Assembly: GCA_029856365.1 (NCBI GenBank)
Contig: JAHQWW010000009.1
Coordinates: 1 to 64,000, forward strand
Origin: Candidatus Hodarchaeota archaeon
Lineage (GTDB): Archaea; Asgardarchaeota; Heimdallarchaeia; Hodarchaeales; Hodarchaeaceae
DNA: 64,000 nt
Reading direction: 5' to 3'
The translations under genes and the position numbers were made by a program. Positions 39,024-49,654 of this stretch are shown piece after piece. Each line of letters begins with the position of its first letter. Position 1 is the stretch's first letter. The notes under the pieces are model-generated. The model ran no database searches. It was not told the DNA's origin and was given only the letters and a program-made list of their open reading frames with translations.

Positions 39024-39578
39024 ATGAACTGTAATCTTATCCATTTGATTTTTGATGGAAAAGACCACCCTCACTTCTCATTTAACCGAGATGCGCAAGT
39101 AGAAGCAATTCTAGAGTTGGGAAGGGTGAAAAGAATCAGCATTGACTTTTTATCTGGTATATGTCATCATCCTAACCATCCAAGTCAAATCTTCTGGCAT
39201 GATATTCCGATAGTATGTATCAGATGCTTTGGAGCCCAATGCGATTTTGAGGTGCTTAGTAATACACAAAACATCCTATTCCAACTCATTCAACCTGTGA
39301 TTCAACTTCCTGTAGTACGATATATCGCAATATTAGTTGATCTTATGCTACCAGGATGGAATAGTCACCAAGAGTTTATTATGACTCTTAATCGTGCGGG
39401 AAAATTATTACTTATCCCTACTGAAATCCCATTGGCCCCACTAGAAATAATAAAAGTTAAAAAAACTTGGAGAATCCGAGTCAATAGGTTGGTTGAGTTA
39501 AAAAATAATTATAAGCTGTTAGATGCTATTAAACCTCGATTATTTCCAAAAAATGAGTTTCGAATATTCATCCAGTGA
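39024..39578 (+). CDS. Hypothetical protein (possible CxH..CxxC metal site)
   Basis: 184-aa ORF with CHHPNH and CIRC. Confidence 0.6.
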   Translation: MNCNLIHLIFDGKDHPHFSFNRDAQVEAILELGRVKRISIDFLSGICHHPNHPSQIFWHDIPIVCIRCFGAQCDFEVLSNTQNILFQLIQPVIQLPVVRYIAILVDLMLPGWNSHQEFIMTLNRAGKLLLIPTEIPLAPLEIIKVKKTWRIRVNRLVELKNNYKLLDAIKPRLFPKNEFRIFIQ

Positions 39579-39599
39579 ATGAGTATTAGTTAACGCTCG

Positions 39600-40142
39600 A
39601 ATGATGTCAGAAGGTGGCAAGTTAAAGTGGGTCAGCGGTCGAGAGAGACAGTTTACAACTGATGAGAACCACAAGATAGCTAAGGGTATATAGTCTATCC
39701 TTGTATTGTCTTAGAAAATCTTCGTGGTCTCAAGCAGCACAACAGGAAGAAGAAACACGTCCGAAAAAAAGGTTTGCAGGCAGTTTGATACCTGAATGTA
39801 TTATCAACTCGAGCTATTTCTCATTGACCGAGCTGAAAAAGTTGGGAAGATTATTCTGTTTGTCTCCCCGAGGCACACTTCTCAGAGACGTTCTCGATGT
39901 GGCTATATTTCTAAGATTAATCGTCCCTCTCCATTCTACTCTTTCTATCGTGAATGCAACTTCAACTCCACGCTAATCTTAATGCTGCTCGCAACCTATC
40001 CGATTTTAACAAAGCTTTAATCAGGAAGACTTCCGTAAATAGTCCTAATGTACTGGTACTCCCCTTAACTGAAACGATTACCTCGTTGAGTCTGGGGATC
40101 ATGCTAGCTACAAGCCACTGAATTCATTCAGTGGTCATTGAC
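39600..40142 (+). pseudogene. tnpB: Frameshifted tnpB remnant (second subfamily) with IS right end
   Basis: Fragments across frames: DENHKIAK, CIVLENLRGL, YYQLE..RAEKVG..VSPRHTSQ..RCG..NR, HANLNAARN. The end CAAGCCACTGAATTCATTCAGTGGTCATTGAC finishes at 40142. Confidence 0.85.
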
Positions 40143-40199
40143 AATTCTTAAAACACTAGGATGTTCGTATCAAAGGATTTATCAAACGACCTCAATTAA

Positions 40200-41402
40200 G
40201 TGATATATGACATTCGTATGTTTGAAAATAGTGGGTATTGGGTTTTTTCGCAAATTGATGAAGTAATCAGTAAATACTTTACTATTACGTCTGTTTCTTA
40301 CAAACAAATGGCTCAAACCAGAAGAACATTACAAGTAGAGGTTATTCCAGCTTATGAAATTCTCCGACGGAGTGATTTAACTTCCAACATGCAAACAGTT
40401 AACCTAGAGCTTAAACAAATAGGTTTCATGCCTATTTTGCGTCGTCATCCGACTAAAGAATCACGAGGAATGTTATATGTTTTCCCTATCAGTGATAAAA
40501 TGCGTGAGACAAAACAAAAACTAACCACTCCTCTTATTCTCTTCGGACTTACCATCTTATCCGTGTTATTTGTAGGATTTATGAGCTGGAATGCATTACA
40601 ACAAGTTCAACCCGACCTTGATCCATTTATAACTAGTCTCTTGTATGCTATTGGTTTAATTGGTATTGTTGGTATTCATGAACTTGGCCATATGTTTGCA
40701 TCAAAGATGCATGGGATTAAAGCAAGCTGGCCTTATTTTCTTCCTTTTCCTTTCGGTTATGGAACATTTGGCGCATTCATCTCGCAAAAGACTCCAATAA
40801 GGTCAAGAAATGATCTATTTGATGTTGGCCTAGCAGGACCGATCTTTGGCTTTATTACATCGATTTTTTTTTCTATTATAGGATTAATGATTTCGATCTC
40901 TGTTGAAAGCTCTTCAATCCCAGAGAGTTTTGGTAGCTCTCCGTTTTTCTTAGATTTCAGGTTATTTAGTGACACAAGATTCCGAATTCTCCTGTTTGAA
41001 GCTTTAGCTTTCTTTATAAAACCGACCAAAGGAGGAAATTCACAGATCATTCTTCATCCATTAGCTTTTGCAGGATATATTGGTCTTTTGTTGACAGGAT
41101 TGAATCTGATTCCCATTGGCCAACTAGATGGTGGACACGTTGCTAGAAGCTTGTTTTCAGAAAATAATCATCGCATTTTGACTTACATTAGCGCAGGACT
41201 GATGACTATACTAGGTTTTTGGTTATTTGCGATTCTAATCCTTCTAATGTATTCACAAACTGGTCATGCTGGTCCTTTGGATGATCTTTCATCAGTCACT
41301 CTTAGCCGCAAAGTTATCGCTGTTCTTTCTATTCTCCTAGCATTGTTATGTTTACCGATTCCGGCAGAAATCTTCACAGGGATATTTCCTTTTTTTAACT
41401 AG
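40200..41402 (+). CDS. Site-2 protease (M50) family membrane metalloprotease
   Basis: HELGH, GTFGAFI, AGP, NLIPIGQLDGGH. Confidence 0.93.
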   Translation: MIYDIRMFENSGYWVFSQIDEVISKYFTITSVSYKQMAQTRRTLQVEVIPAYEILRRSDLTSNMQTVNLELKQIGFMPILRRHPTKESRGMLYVFPISDKMRETKQKLTTPLILFGLTILSVLFVGFMSWNALQQVQPDLDPFITSLLYAIGLIGIVGIHELGHMFASKMHGIKASWPYFLPFPFGYGTFGAFISQKTPIRSRNDLFDVGLAGPIFGFITSIFFSIIGLMISISVESSSIPESFGSSPFFLDFRLFSDTRFRILLFEALAFFIKPTKGGNSQIILHPLAFAGYIGLLLTGLNLIPIGQLDGGHVARSLFSENNHRILTYISAGLMTILGFWLFAILILLMYSQTGHAGPLDDLSSVTLSRKVIAVLSILLALLCLPIPAEIFTGIFPFFN

Positions 41403-41421
41403 AATCCAAGAAAGTTAAAAG

Positions 41422-43197
41422 TCATAAATCATAGTAATAGGCCTTAATTTCCCGTTGTTCACGATCTAGACGACTTCCAAGCTTGTTTAGACGAGCTCGT
41501 CCCGTGTCGGGATCTCGTCGGAAAGTTATGTTAATTCTTTCCAAAAAATGATTAAGCCCTTCCCTCTTCGAGAAAGGCCCGATAGTTTTTCCAGAATGTC
41601 CAGGTTCTCCCTCAAACAGCAAAATTCTATCAGATAACGCTTCTGCGATTTGTATATCATGTTCTATGGCAATACAAGCTGCCCTATTCTTAGAAATTAT
41701 ATGACGAATGACTCGTGTAGCATTTAATCTTTCTTCAACATCTAGGAAAGCACTTCCCTCATCAATGATATATAAATCAGCTTTCTTCCCCAAACAACCT
41801 GCTAGAAAGGTTCGTTGTAGCTCTCCTCCGCTTAATACACCTATTGGCTTTTCTAAGAGGTGTGAAATTGAAAAAGGTTTGAGAATATAGAGTTTATATT
41901 CATTAGCTTCAATAAATGTATTCGAATAACGGGTGAGAAAGTCACGCACTGTCCCCCTAAATTTTTTATGTAAGAATTGGGGTTTATAGGAAACAGTAGC
42001 TGTTTTCAAGGTATTAACCAAATATTGCGCAAAAGTAGTTTTTCCTAATCCGTTCTCTCCTAAAACACATAGAATTCCTCCAAAGTGGATAATCCCCTTA
42101 GTGGCCGTTAGAGTAAATGATCCCAGTTGCTTTGTAAAAGATGGATAGTCAATACCTGGAACACCGTCCCATTGGCGTTCTTTAACCACTCGGGTGAAAA
42201 TAATTTCTTTCCCACGAATGCGAATGTTTTCATCTTTCAATTTTCCAAGTAAAAAATTGTTAATACCCTTCTTCACAGAATAGGACAAACGAGACATCAC
42301 ACCAAATTTGTGTGGCTCACCATAGAAAATATAAATCAAATCGCTTTGAAAATCATGAATAGCAATATCATGTTCAGCTATAAAAACGACTTTTCCTGCT
42401 TCAGCTAACTTATGGAAAGTTTTAGCCATCCTAATTCGCTGTCGAAAATCAAGAAATGTACAGGGTTCATCTATCAGATAAACATCTACATTCTGCACGA
42501 GTGCAATCCCTATTGCCAATCGTTGCAACTCACCTCCAGATAACTCGGAAGGAATGCGCTCTAAAATAGATTCTAATTCCATTAATTTGATTACTTCATC
42601 ACTCGAAAATAACCCCTCTTGGAAGCTAGAAGAGATAACCTCCTGAACTAAATCTGAACTTGCAAGAAGGTCAGTGAACACTTGGGGTTTATATGCAACC
42701 GATTCAGGCTTCAGATCAGTTAAGAATTGTCGAAAACTAGCAATGGATAATTGAGATAAAAAATCACGAAGTCCTTCTTCTGGATTACGAAAATTACCCC
42801 CATTTGGCTCTTTTCGCCCTGCTAAGATTTCTAATAATGTCGATTTGCCAATACCATTTACACCTAGCAAACCAATGACTTTTCCAGGATTGATTTGGGG
42901 GACACCGAAAAAACGGAATCCATTTTCACCATAACAATGAACTTGAAGGCCAGCAGTCTCAGAATTAGGGAGATTGACAACACTGATCGCCCCTGGAAAA
43001 CATTTATTGATACAAATACCACAGGTTCCTTTTTTGGCCATTAAGCATTTCTTATTATTGATGATAGGTTTACCGGTGTCCTTTCGAATAGTAATGACAT
43101 TCTTTTGTCCTTTTTGCATAAGGGGACAATATTTGAGACATGCGTATCCACAGAGGTCAGGTTTGCATTTGTCAAAATTAAGGTTGATAATTCGGAT
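41422..43197 (-). CDS. rli: ABCE1/RLI ribosome-recycling ATPase (N-terminus extends 26 codons beyond the track ATG)
   Basis: Two NBDs with LSGGELQR; C-terminal ITFRRDPDTGRARLNK..SRLDREQ. The in-frame upstream extension IRIINLNFDKCKPDLCGYACLKYCP supplies the first Fe-S Cys set. Confidence 0.9.
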   Translation of the reverse strand: MRIINLNFDKCKPDLCGYACLKYCPLMQKGQKNVITIRKDTGKPIINNKKCLMAKKGTCGICINKCFPGAISVVNLPNSETAGLQVHCYGENGFRFFGVPQINPGKVIGLLGVNGIGKSTLLEILAGRKEPNGGNFRNPEEGLRDFLSQLSIASFRQFLTDLKPESVAYKPQVFTDLLASSDLVQEVISSSFQEGLFSSDEVIKLMELESILERIPSELSGGELQRLAIGIALVQNVDVYLIDEPCTFLDFRQRIRMAKTFHKLAEAGKVVFIAEHDIAIHDFQSDLIYIFYGEPHKFGVMSRLSYSVKKGINNFLLGKLKDENIRIRGKEIIFTRVVKERQWDGVPGIDYPSFTKQLGSFTLTATKGIIHFGGILCVLGENGLGKTTFAQYLVNTLKTATVSYKPQFLHKKFRGTVRDFLTRYSNTFIEANEYKLYILKPFSISHLLEKPIGVLSGGELQRTFLAGCLGKKADLYIIDEGSAFLDVEERLNATRVIRHIISKNRAACIAIEHDIQIAEALSDRILLFEGEPGHSGKTIGPFSKREGLNHFLERINITFRRDPDTGRARLNKLGSRLDREQREIKAYYYDL

Positions 43198-43502
43198 AAT
43201 GAACCACTCTACCTGATTGAATCAATTCATTCATTAGTTCATTTTTGTTTGTTGAATATTATTGCTGGTTATTTGCTATTTTGTGATTATTGAAAATATT
43301 ATTTCATTGAATATTTTAAAAAACCCAAAGGAATCATTCAACACCTTTAAATAATCTCGCTTTGTAGAAGGCATTACACTGTCTTAACGCCAATGGTTGG
43401 ATTGTTTCATTGAAAATAAACACATGTAAACGTTTTAAGACAGTCTACCCATAAATTTTAATGGAACCAACTACTAGTGAAAACATGGAGATCTAAGATC
43501 CA

Positions 43503-44021
43503 TTGGAACCAATTGCTCACTTAGAATGGACCTTGGGCATAAGTTTAATCTGTTTATCTATATGGAACACTTCAATTGATGCAGTAGGACTCCTCTTATT
43601 AGCTATCGGATCAGTCTTTCCTGATATATTTGACTGGGCATTGTTTCGTGGAAAGCAGTTTTTTCGTGGTCATCGTGAATTTTCCCACACCCTTTTTTTC
43701 GTGCTTATTCTCATGTTATTCAGCCAAGTAAGCCCTGTTCTCATCTTCCTGACTTTTGGTACAATACTTCACATTGTGGAAGATATTGTTTCAGGAGGCA
43801 ATCCGGTCTTTCTATTCTCCCCTATCACCCATCGAGGGAATGTTATGCTTATCAGTAAAGAACAATCCATTAGAATTGGTGCTTGGTTTAGAAAAGTGAT
43901 TAAAGGATCATATATTGGGTCTGAAAACATTGGTGACGAACTCTCATGGCTTTGGCTCTTAACTATATTAGGATCATGGATTTTAATGCTTGGAGTCTTC
44001 TTATTTTTCGGTATAGTATGA
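43503..44021 (+). CDS. YdjM-like membrane-bound metal-dependent hydrolase
   Basis: H..GSVFPD..HREFSHTL..HIVED. Confidence 0.8.
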   Translation: MEPIAHLEWTLGISLICLSIWNTSIDAVGLLLLAIGSVFPDIFDWALFRGKQFFRGHREFSHTLFFVLILMLFSQVSPVLIFLTFGTILHIVEDIVSGGNPVFLFSPITHRGNVMLISKEQSIRIGAWFRKVIKGSYIGSENIGDELSWLWLLTILGSWILMLGVFLFFGIV

Positions 44022-44036
44022 TAAAAGAAGTGAATC

Positions 44037-44567
44037 ATGAATATGGAAGCTTTAAAACACACGGAATGGACTCTTGGTGTAATTTTTTTCTGGTTTGCTT
44101 TTTATAATACCCAGCTCACGGCAAACTGGATTTTAATCGTCCTCATAAGTAGCCAGCTTCCAGATTTTCTCTCACTGTTCTTACGGAAATTAATGCTCCA
44201 ACCCAAACTGGTCCGCAAGATTACTCACGACTATATTTATGTTATTCTACTTTGGCTGTTTTTTCCGTTCTATATTTATCCAGAGATCAGCTTATTAGCA
44301 ACTGGAATCGCTATTCATTATGGAGTGGACTTATTTTCTGGCTTGGAACCTATATATGTCGGCGGTTTGCTTTTTGGTGATCGTACGGCAGCTCTTTATG
44401 TAACTGCAACTCATAGAAGAGCCATTGGAAAGCGTGTTGAGAATTGGGGATCAAACTATCTGACAACAAAAACTGAAAAACCGACTCCGGAATTGGCGTG
44501 GTTCTGGATTATGCAATTATCGGGAACCATTTTTTGTGGAATAGGAATGATATTCTATTTAATATGA
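44037..44567 (+). CDS. Divergent tandem paralog of the YdjM-like hydrolase
   Basis: HTEWTLG, LPD, RKITHD, HYGVD, ELAWFW mirror the upstream gene. Confidence 0.7.
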   Translation: MNMEALKHTEWTLGVIFFWFAFYNTQLTANWILIVLISSQLPDFLSLFLRKLMLQPKLVRKITHDYIYVILLWLFFPFYIYPEISLLATGIAIHYGVDLFSGLEPIYVGGLLFGDRTAALYVTATHRRAIGKRVENWGSNYLTTKTEKPTPELAWFWIMQLSGTIFCGIGMIFYLI

Positions 44568-44902
44568 TCAAAATGAAGATTCAAGAAAACTTCCTCTAAT
44601 CGGTCTTATATTACGATATTCGCTAATAAACCAAAAGTTGTTTTTTCTAGAAGTCTCTGTTCAGAAATTAGAACACAAATTTTTTCACTGTTCGAAAAAA
44701 TGACTTCTTTAAAGATGTTGATGACAGGCATAAATAGATATTATACCCCCCTTTACTTTTGCTATAGGAAACTAGGGATGAGTATCTTCCAAGATATTAA
44801 ATTTAATATATATCTTTCTGATATCATATATTGTTTATCCAATTTCCAATATAAGGAATATTTATCAATCGTTTAACCATATTTCGTGGGATTTCGAGCC
44901 TT

Positions 44903-47806
44903 ATGTCAATTAAATTACTATTCACAAAAATCACCAACCACATATTTTTAACTTATGAATTAGTCATTGGAAATAGAAGACTAATTGTACCGACAATGAT
45001 CGGGCTTATTATTGCATTAACAGTCATCTCACAAAGTGGAGTCCTTATTGAGTCCTATCGTCAAGAGATCTTCGAAGAACTTGTCTTAAAAGAACTAGAA
45101 AAACGATATTATTACAATGATGGGGATGTCATGATTGACTTGTGGCGATGGGACTCTAAGCAATCAGGGGAATCTCATAATATAACTGATTTTGAATTCT
45201 ATAATAATATCATCAATCGATCTATAAACCAAGTTAATTACTCTGATTATATTTTAAACTATTTTTGGCATACTCAACTAACAAGTTACACTTGGTTACC
45301 CTCTTCAGATGAGTATCCTGGTGAAGAAATATATCCAAGGCATACTCCCCTATATGTTTCTTCTGCAATCGAGTTTTACTCAGCCCTCGAGCAGTTTCTG
45401 AGTTTAACAGGTAAGGGTCGTCTCCCTAAAAATTCCTCTGAAATTATTTTACTCCGCCCAATTTATGATCAAGAATGGTACATAGAAGAGTATGATGAAT
45501 TTGAAAATGTTACATTAGATGCTAATGTAAATATTACATTAATTTCTGGGTGGCGTGGCAGAGGAGCAAATAAGACTGTTAGAATTGTTGGTGTTATTGA
45601 GTACACACCAGGAGATTATAATGATCCTGGCAATAGCACCTCATTGATTAGAAATTATTTAGGATGGGACTTATGGGATCATGGGTTTATTACTCAACCT
45701 CTTTTTTTGGAACAAATCTTTGAAGAACTTTCAGATCCCAATATGGATGCTAATGTAGATATTAAAGGGAAAATCTCTCTCGATAGAACACACTTTGATG
45801 CGTACAATATTAATGGTGAAATTCGTAAACTGGAAAACTTTATTCGGACTTTAGAATGGCAACTTAATTCCTATGGGATGGACTTTGGGGTTTATTCAAG
45901 GATATTAAATTTAATGAAGGATTATGAATCCACTATCTTTAGCTTACTCATTATCTTACTACTGTTAAGCTTTCCTGTTCTCTGTATTGCTTTATATTTA
46001 GTGGTTTATTCATTTGGCCTTATCAGAAAACAAAAACAGGAACAAATTGGTATTATAAAAACACGGGGAGGATCGTGGTTACAAACATTAATAATTCTAC
46101 TTGGTGAAATGATTATTTCGACTGTTTTAGCGGTTTTTATCGGATTTTTACTTAGTACATTTTTAGCAGATGTTGTATTACGTTCCACGAATTATTTAGA
46201 ATTTCTAGGAGTAGCTGTGCCTGTTCAAATCACCATTGGAATGGTTCAAGCATTGTTTTTTTGGGGAGTGTTTTTCGCTCTCATCCTTAATTTTCGGAAT
46301 ATCATCCGAATGAGCCGCCAAGAGATTACAGAAACCTTGGAACCGACCGAAACCCAAAATCCAGTTTGGAAACGATATTATCTTGATATAATTATATTTG
46401 CTATTGGCACTGCTACTTGGATAATTCTTATGACTCTTATTCGTATGGGTGGTGAAATAGTTCTGCCAGAATTCTATTTTATTTATTTTTTCATCACATT
46501 GCTAGGAATTCCTGCTCCATTCCTCATGTTTTTCGGTACAATCATGGTAATTGCGAGGTTTTTCCCGTTTATTATGAAAAAGCTCTCTGAGTTTCTCTGG
46601 CGATTAGAAGGTGGAATCAATGCTTTTTCCATTCGAAATATAGTAAGACATAAACAGGCTGCCAACCGTGCGGTACTTCTCATTACTCTTGCATTATCAT
46701 TTTCGATTCTTTCTTCTTCATTAATCTTCTCAAATGATGAAACAGAACATCTTAAGCAATATTACAAGATAGGCGCTGATATATCTGTCCCTACAGGGAG
46801 TTCTTTGAATGATTCGGTGTTAAAAAATCTTCAACAGAATGTTTCTCACCTAGAAAGCATCTCAGGCATGTATTCAACCCGATATTACCCAGGAAGTGGT
46901 TTTCGGCCAAATTATCAGTTTTTATTCGTAGATCCGTCTACATATGCCAAAACGGCATTTACTAATCCAAGCTTTAAGTTGAGTAGTTCATTGACAAGTT
47001 TAATGGATCAACTTAGTGATAATAATTCGTTTATCCTCTTTAAAGAAAATCTGGAAGCTGATCTTTCAAAACCAAAGATTGGGGATGAAATTGAGCTGCG
47101 ATTCAGTGATAAGCAGCTATCATTCCGTGTTGGAGGAACGTTCAAGTACTGGCCCACAATATACCCATACGAATGGGAAGATCCAGCATATAATTATTGG
47201 GGTATTGGAAGTTTAGGATTGTTTAACCGATTTAACCTATCGAATTATGCCGACGCAATTGAAGCTAGTTATTTGGTAAAAATTGACTCTCTATCTAATA
47301 TTGAGGAGACTGTAGAAAGAATATACAATGTTACAGGCATCACACCCAATTCTCCTGCGCTCTCTTACAAAGAGTATAAAACGGGCTTTGGACGACGTTT
47401 TTCGCTTTCGATACTTAATTCTGACCTAATTGTCTGTCTTGCAGTAGCAGTGATTGGCGTAATTATGTTTGCATTCTTTACATACGTTGAACGCGGTAAA
47501 GAGATTGGAGTAGAAAGAGCCCTTGGGATGACGCAAATCCAAACAGCCCATTCGTTCCTAGTAGAAGCTGCCACGATCCTATCTTTTGGTTGTATTATTG
47601 GATACTTTACTGGAGTTTACTTTGTGACGATGTTTTTACAGGTAATGCAGTTTGGAGAATCAATCCCACCTTTAATGGTAACACATCCTACAGCGTTATT
47701 AGTCCAGATATTACTGGGAATCATCGTTACAGCAGGAATTGGTACTGTCATACCAGCATATATTGCTACACGTAAAGATATCAGCCGTATTTTAAAGGTG
47801 GAATGA
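44903..47806 (+). CDS. FtsX/MacB-type ABC permease (two FtsX repeats)
   Basis: QIGIIKTRGG, WKRYYLD, GADI, EIGVERALG. Confidence 0.9.
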   Translation: MSIKLLFTKITNHIFLTYELVIGNRRLIVPTMIGLIIALTVISQSGVLIESYRQEIFEELVLKELEKRYYYNDGDVMIDLWRWDSKQSGESHNITDFEFYNNIINRSINQVNYSDYILNYFWHTQLTSYTWLPSSDEYPGEEIYPRHTPLYVSSAIEFYSALEQFLSLTGKGRLPKNSSEIILLRPIYDQEWYIEEYDEFENVTLDANVNITLISGWRGRGANKTVRIVGVIEYTPGDYNDPGNSTSLIRNYLGWDLWDHGFITQPLFLEQIFEELSDPNMDANVDIKGKISLDRTHFDAYNINGEIRKLENFIRTLEWQLNSYGMDFGVYSRILNLMKDYESTIFSLLIILLLLSFPVLCIALYLVVYSFGLIRKQKQEQIGIIKTRGGSWLQTLIILLGEMIISTVLAVFIGFLLSTFLADVVLRSTNYLEFLGVAVPVQITIGMVQALFFWGVFFALILNFRNIIRMSRQEITETLEPTETQNPVWKRYYLDIIIFAIGTATWIILMTLIRMGGEIVLPEFYFIYFFITLLGIPAPFLMFFGTIMVIARFFPFIMKKLSEFLWRLEGGINAFSIRNIVRHKQAANRAVLLITLALSFSILSSSLIFSNDETEHLKQYYKIGADISVPTGSSLNDSVLKNLQQNVSHLESISGMYSTRYYPGSGFRPNYQFLFVDPSTYAKTAFTNPSFKLSSSLTSLMDQLSDNNSFILFKENLEADLSKPKIGDEIELRFSDKQLSFRVGGTFKYWPTIYPYEWEDPAYNYWGIGSLGLFNRFNLSNYADAIEASYLVKIDSLSNIEETVERIYNVTGITPNSPALSYKEYKTGFGRRFSLSILNSDLIVCLAVAVIGVIMFAFFTYVERGKEIGVERALGMTQIQTAHSFLVEAATILSFGCIIGYFTGVYFVTMFLQVMQFGESIPPLMVTHPTALLVQILLGIIVTAGIGTVIPAYIATRKDISRILKVE

Positions 47807-47810
47807 TTAA

Positions 47811-48686
47811 ATGGCCTTCCTTGAATGTAAAGATCTGATAAAGTTGTATGTCGAAGAACAGAGTAAAATTCAAGTCCCTGCTTTACGGGGAATTGAGCTC
47901 TCAGCCAATGAAGGAGATTTGATTGCAATCATTGGTCCCAGTGGTTCTGGTAAAAGCACTTTAGTAAACTTAATTGGGGGAATTGATCGCCCATCTTCAG
48001 GAGACATCATCTTAGGAGACAGTATCATAACTAAAATGACCACTCGACAATTAACAAAATATAGGCGCCATCGAGTAGGTTTCTTATATCAACTTCCTGA
48101 ACGAAATTTAGTCTGGAATCTGACCGCTCTAAAGAATGTAATGTTACCAATGAAGCTTGCAGGATTACTAACGCAAGGAGAACAGAAAAAACGAGCACAG
48201 TTATTATTAGAGGATGTGGGGCTAGAACGGCGCGCTAATCACAAACCACACCAATTATCCGGAGGAGAAGCCCAGCGTGCAGGTATTGCTGTGGCATTAG
48301 CTAATGATCCAGAAATTGTGTTAGCAGATGAACCAACTGGGGAGTTAGACAGTGTAACGACGTTTAAAATTATTGATTATTTTAAATTCCTTAACAAAAG
48401 TCTTGGAAAAACCTTTATTGTAGTCACACATGATCATAGATTTGCTAACATGACAAATAAAGCATTGCGAATCTTAGATGGCAGAATAGTAGGTTTACAT
48501 CGTGCAATAGACCCAACAATATCGCTTTCTGTTCGTGAGGAAGTGATTTTTGTTGATGATCATGGTAACCTACGACTTCCAGACAAAATTCGCAGTGAAG
48601 CAGGAATCAAGAATCACATTCAAATAGAAATGCGAGACGGATTTGCTACTCTTATTCCCGTTCAAGGTGATATTAAAAGTGAGTAA
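47811..48686 (+). CDS. LolD/MacB-type ABC ATPase with C-terminal AbrB-like domain
   Basis: [21 protein letters not shown]; tail VDDHGNLRLP. Confidence 0.9.
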   Translation: MAFLECKDLIKLYVEEQSKIQVPALRGIELSANEGDLIAIIGPSGSGKSTLVNLIGGIDRPSSGDIILGDSIITKMTTRQLTKYRRHRVGFLYQLPERNLVWNLTALKNVMLPMKLAGLLTQGEQKKRAQLLLEDVGLERRANHKPHQLSGGEAQRAGIAVALANDPEIVLADEPTGELDSVTTFKIIDYFKFLNKSLGKTFIVVTHDHRFANMTNKALRILDGRIVGLHRAIDPTISLSVREEVIFVDDHGNLRLPDKIRSEAGIKNHIQIEMRDGFATLIPVQGDIKSE

Positions 48687-49377
48687 AGAAAATTTGCCGC
48701 TTATTGAACTGGAGAACGTGAATCAAAGGTACACTCTCGGAAGTCACACCATTGATGCTCTTAACAACATAAACTTATCCATCTTCAGAGAGGAATTTAT
48801 CATGGTAATGGGACCTTCTGGTAGTGGTAAATCTACTCTCATCAATGTGATGGCTGGTCTCGAGCAACCCTCGGCAGGCACTGTTCGTATTCATGAGGAA
48901 GATCTATCCACTCTAAATGATCGTGAATTATGTCATCTTCGACGTTACAAGTTAGGGTTTGTATTTCAATTTTTCAATCTCCATCCTGTCCTTAATGCAA
49001 TTGAAAATGTTGAACTACCCATGATAATCAGTGGTATCAAACGGAGGCACCGTGAACCACGTGCTTTAGAACTGTTAAGGCTAGTAAATCTTGAGAATCG
49101 TAAACATCATCTCCCACACGAACTTTCAGGCGGAGAAAAACAAAGAGTTGGTATTGCACGATCTCTAGCTAACGATCCCGAGGTTATTCTAGCAGATGAA
49201 CCCACAGGAGATCTAGATTCAGCAATAGGGAATGAAATCATGGCTCTGTTGAGAGATCTTAACCAAACTCATAGAAAAACTATTGTTTGTGTTACCCATG
49301 ACGAAGAAATGTTGAAACCAGGTATGCGTTTAATTAAAATGGAAGATGGACATATTGTATCGGATTCCCATTTGTAA
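48679..49377 (+). CDS. LolD/MacB-type ABC ATPase
   Basis: [24 protein letters not shown]; GTG start at 48679 after GGTGA. Confidence 0.9.
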   Translation: MSKENLPLIELENVNQRYTLGSHTIDALNNINLSIFREEFIMVMGPSGSGKSTLINVMAGLEQPSAGTVRIHEEDLSTLNDRELCHLRRYKLGFVFQFFNLHPVLNAIENVELPMIISGIKRRHREPRALELLRLVNLENRKHHLPHELSGGEKQRVGIARSLANDPEVILADEPTGDLDSAIGNEIMALLRDLNQTHRKTIVCVTHDEEMLKPGMRLIKMEDGHIVSDSHL

Positions 49378-49654
49378 AAGCATGTTAAACCTGCTTAAAT
49401 CATATTCTTTCTCAATTCATTCTGATTTGAAAAAATGGCTTGAATTCTTTTTTTTCCTTTTTCAGTCGAGTTTTCGCTCTTTAATCTCCTCTTGATTGAG
49501 GAGATGTCCTATAGTCCTATTCCCTCCTCTTTCTAGTTTTTGATACAATTATTTGAATACGTTCTTCTAATGAATATGTCTATTAGCATATTGTTATAAA
49601 CAGTACTTCAAGTAATGTACCCAAAAGATCACAATTCAATGGTGATAATCACCC

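Noticed and set aside
39701-40020. Track ORFs 39701-39976 and 39796-40020 as real genes
   Set aside because: They are frames of the frameshifted tnpB pseudogene.
44741-44790. CCCCCC..AGGGATGAG resembling an IS605 left-end remnant
   Set aside because: Pairing is too weak and there is no associated tnpB sequence.
49484-49505. ATCTCCTC-N6-GAGGAGAT inverted repeat
   Set aside because: Could be a terminator or operator, but nothing else supports a function.
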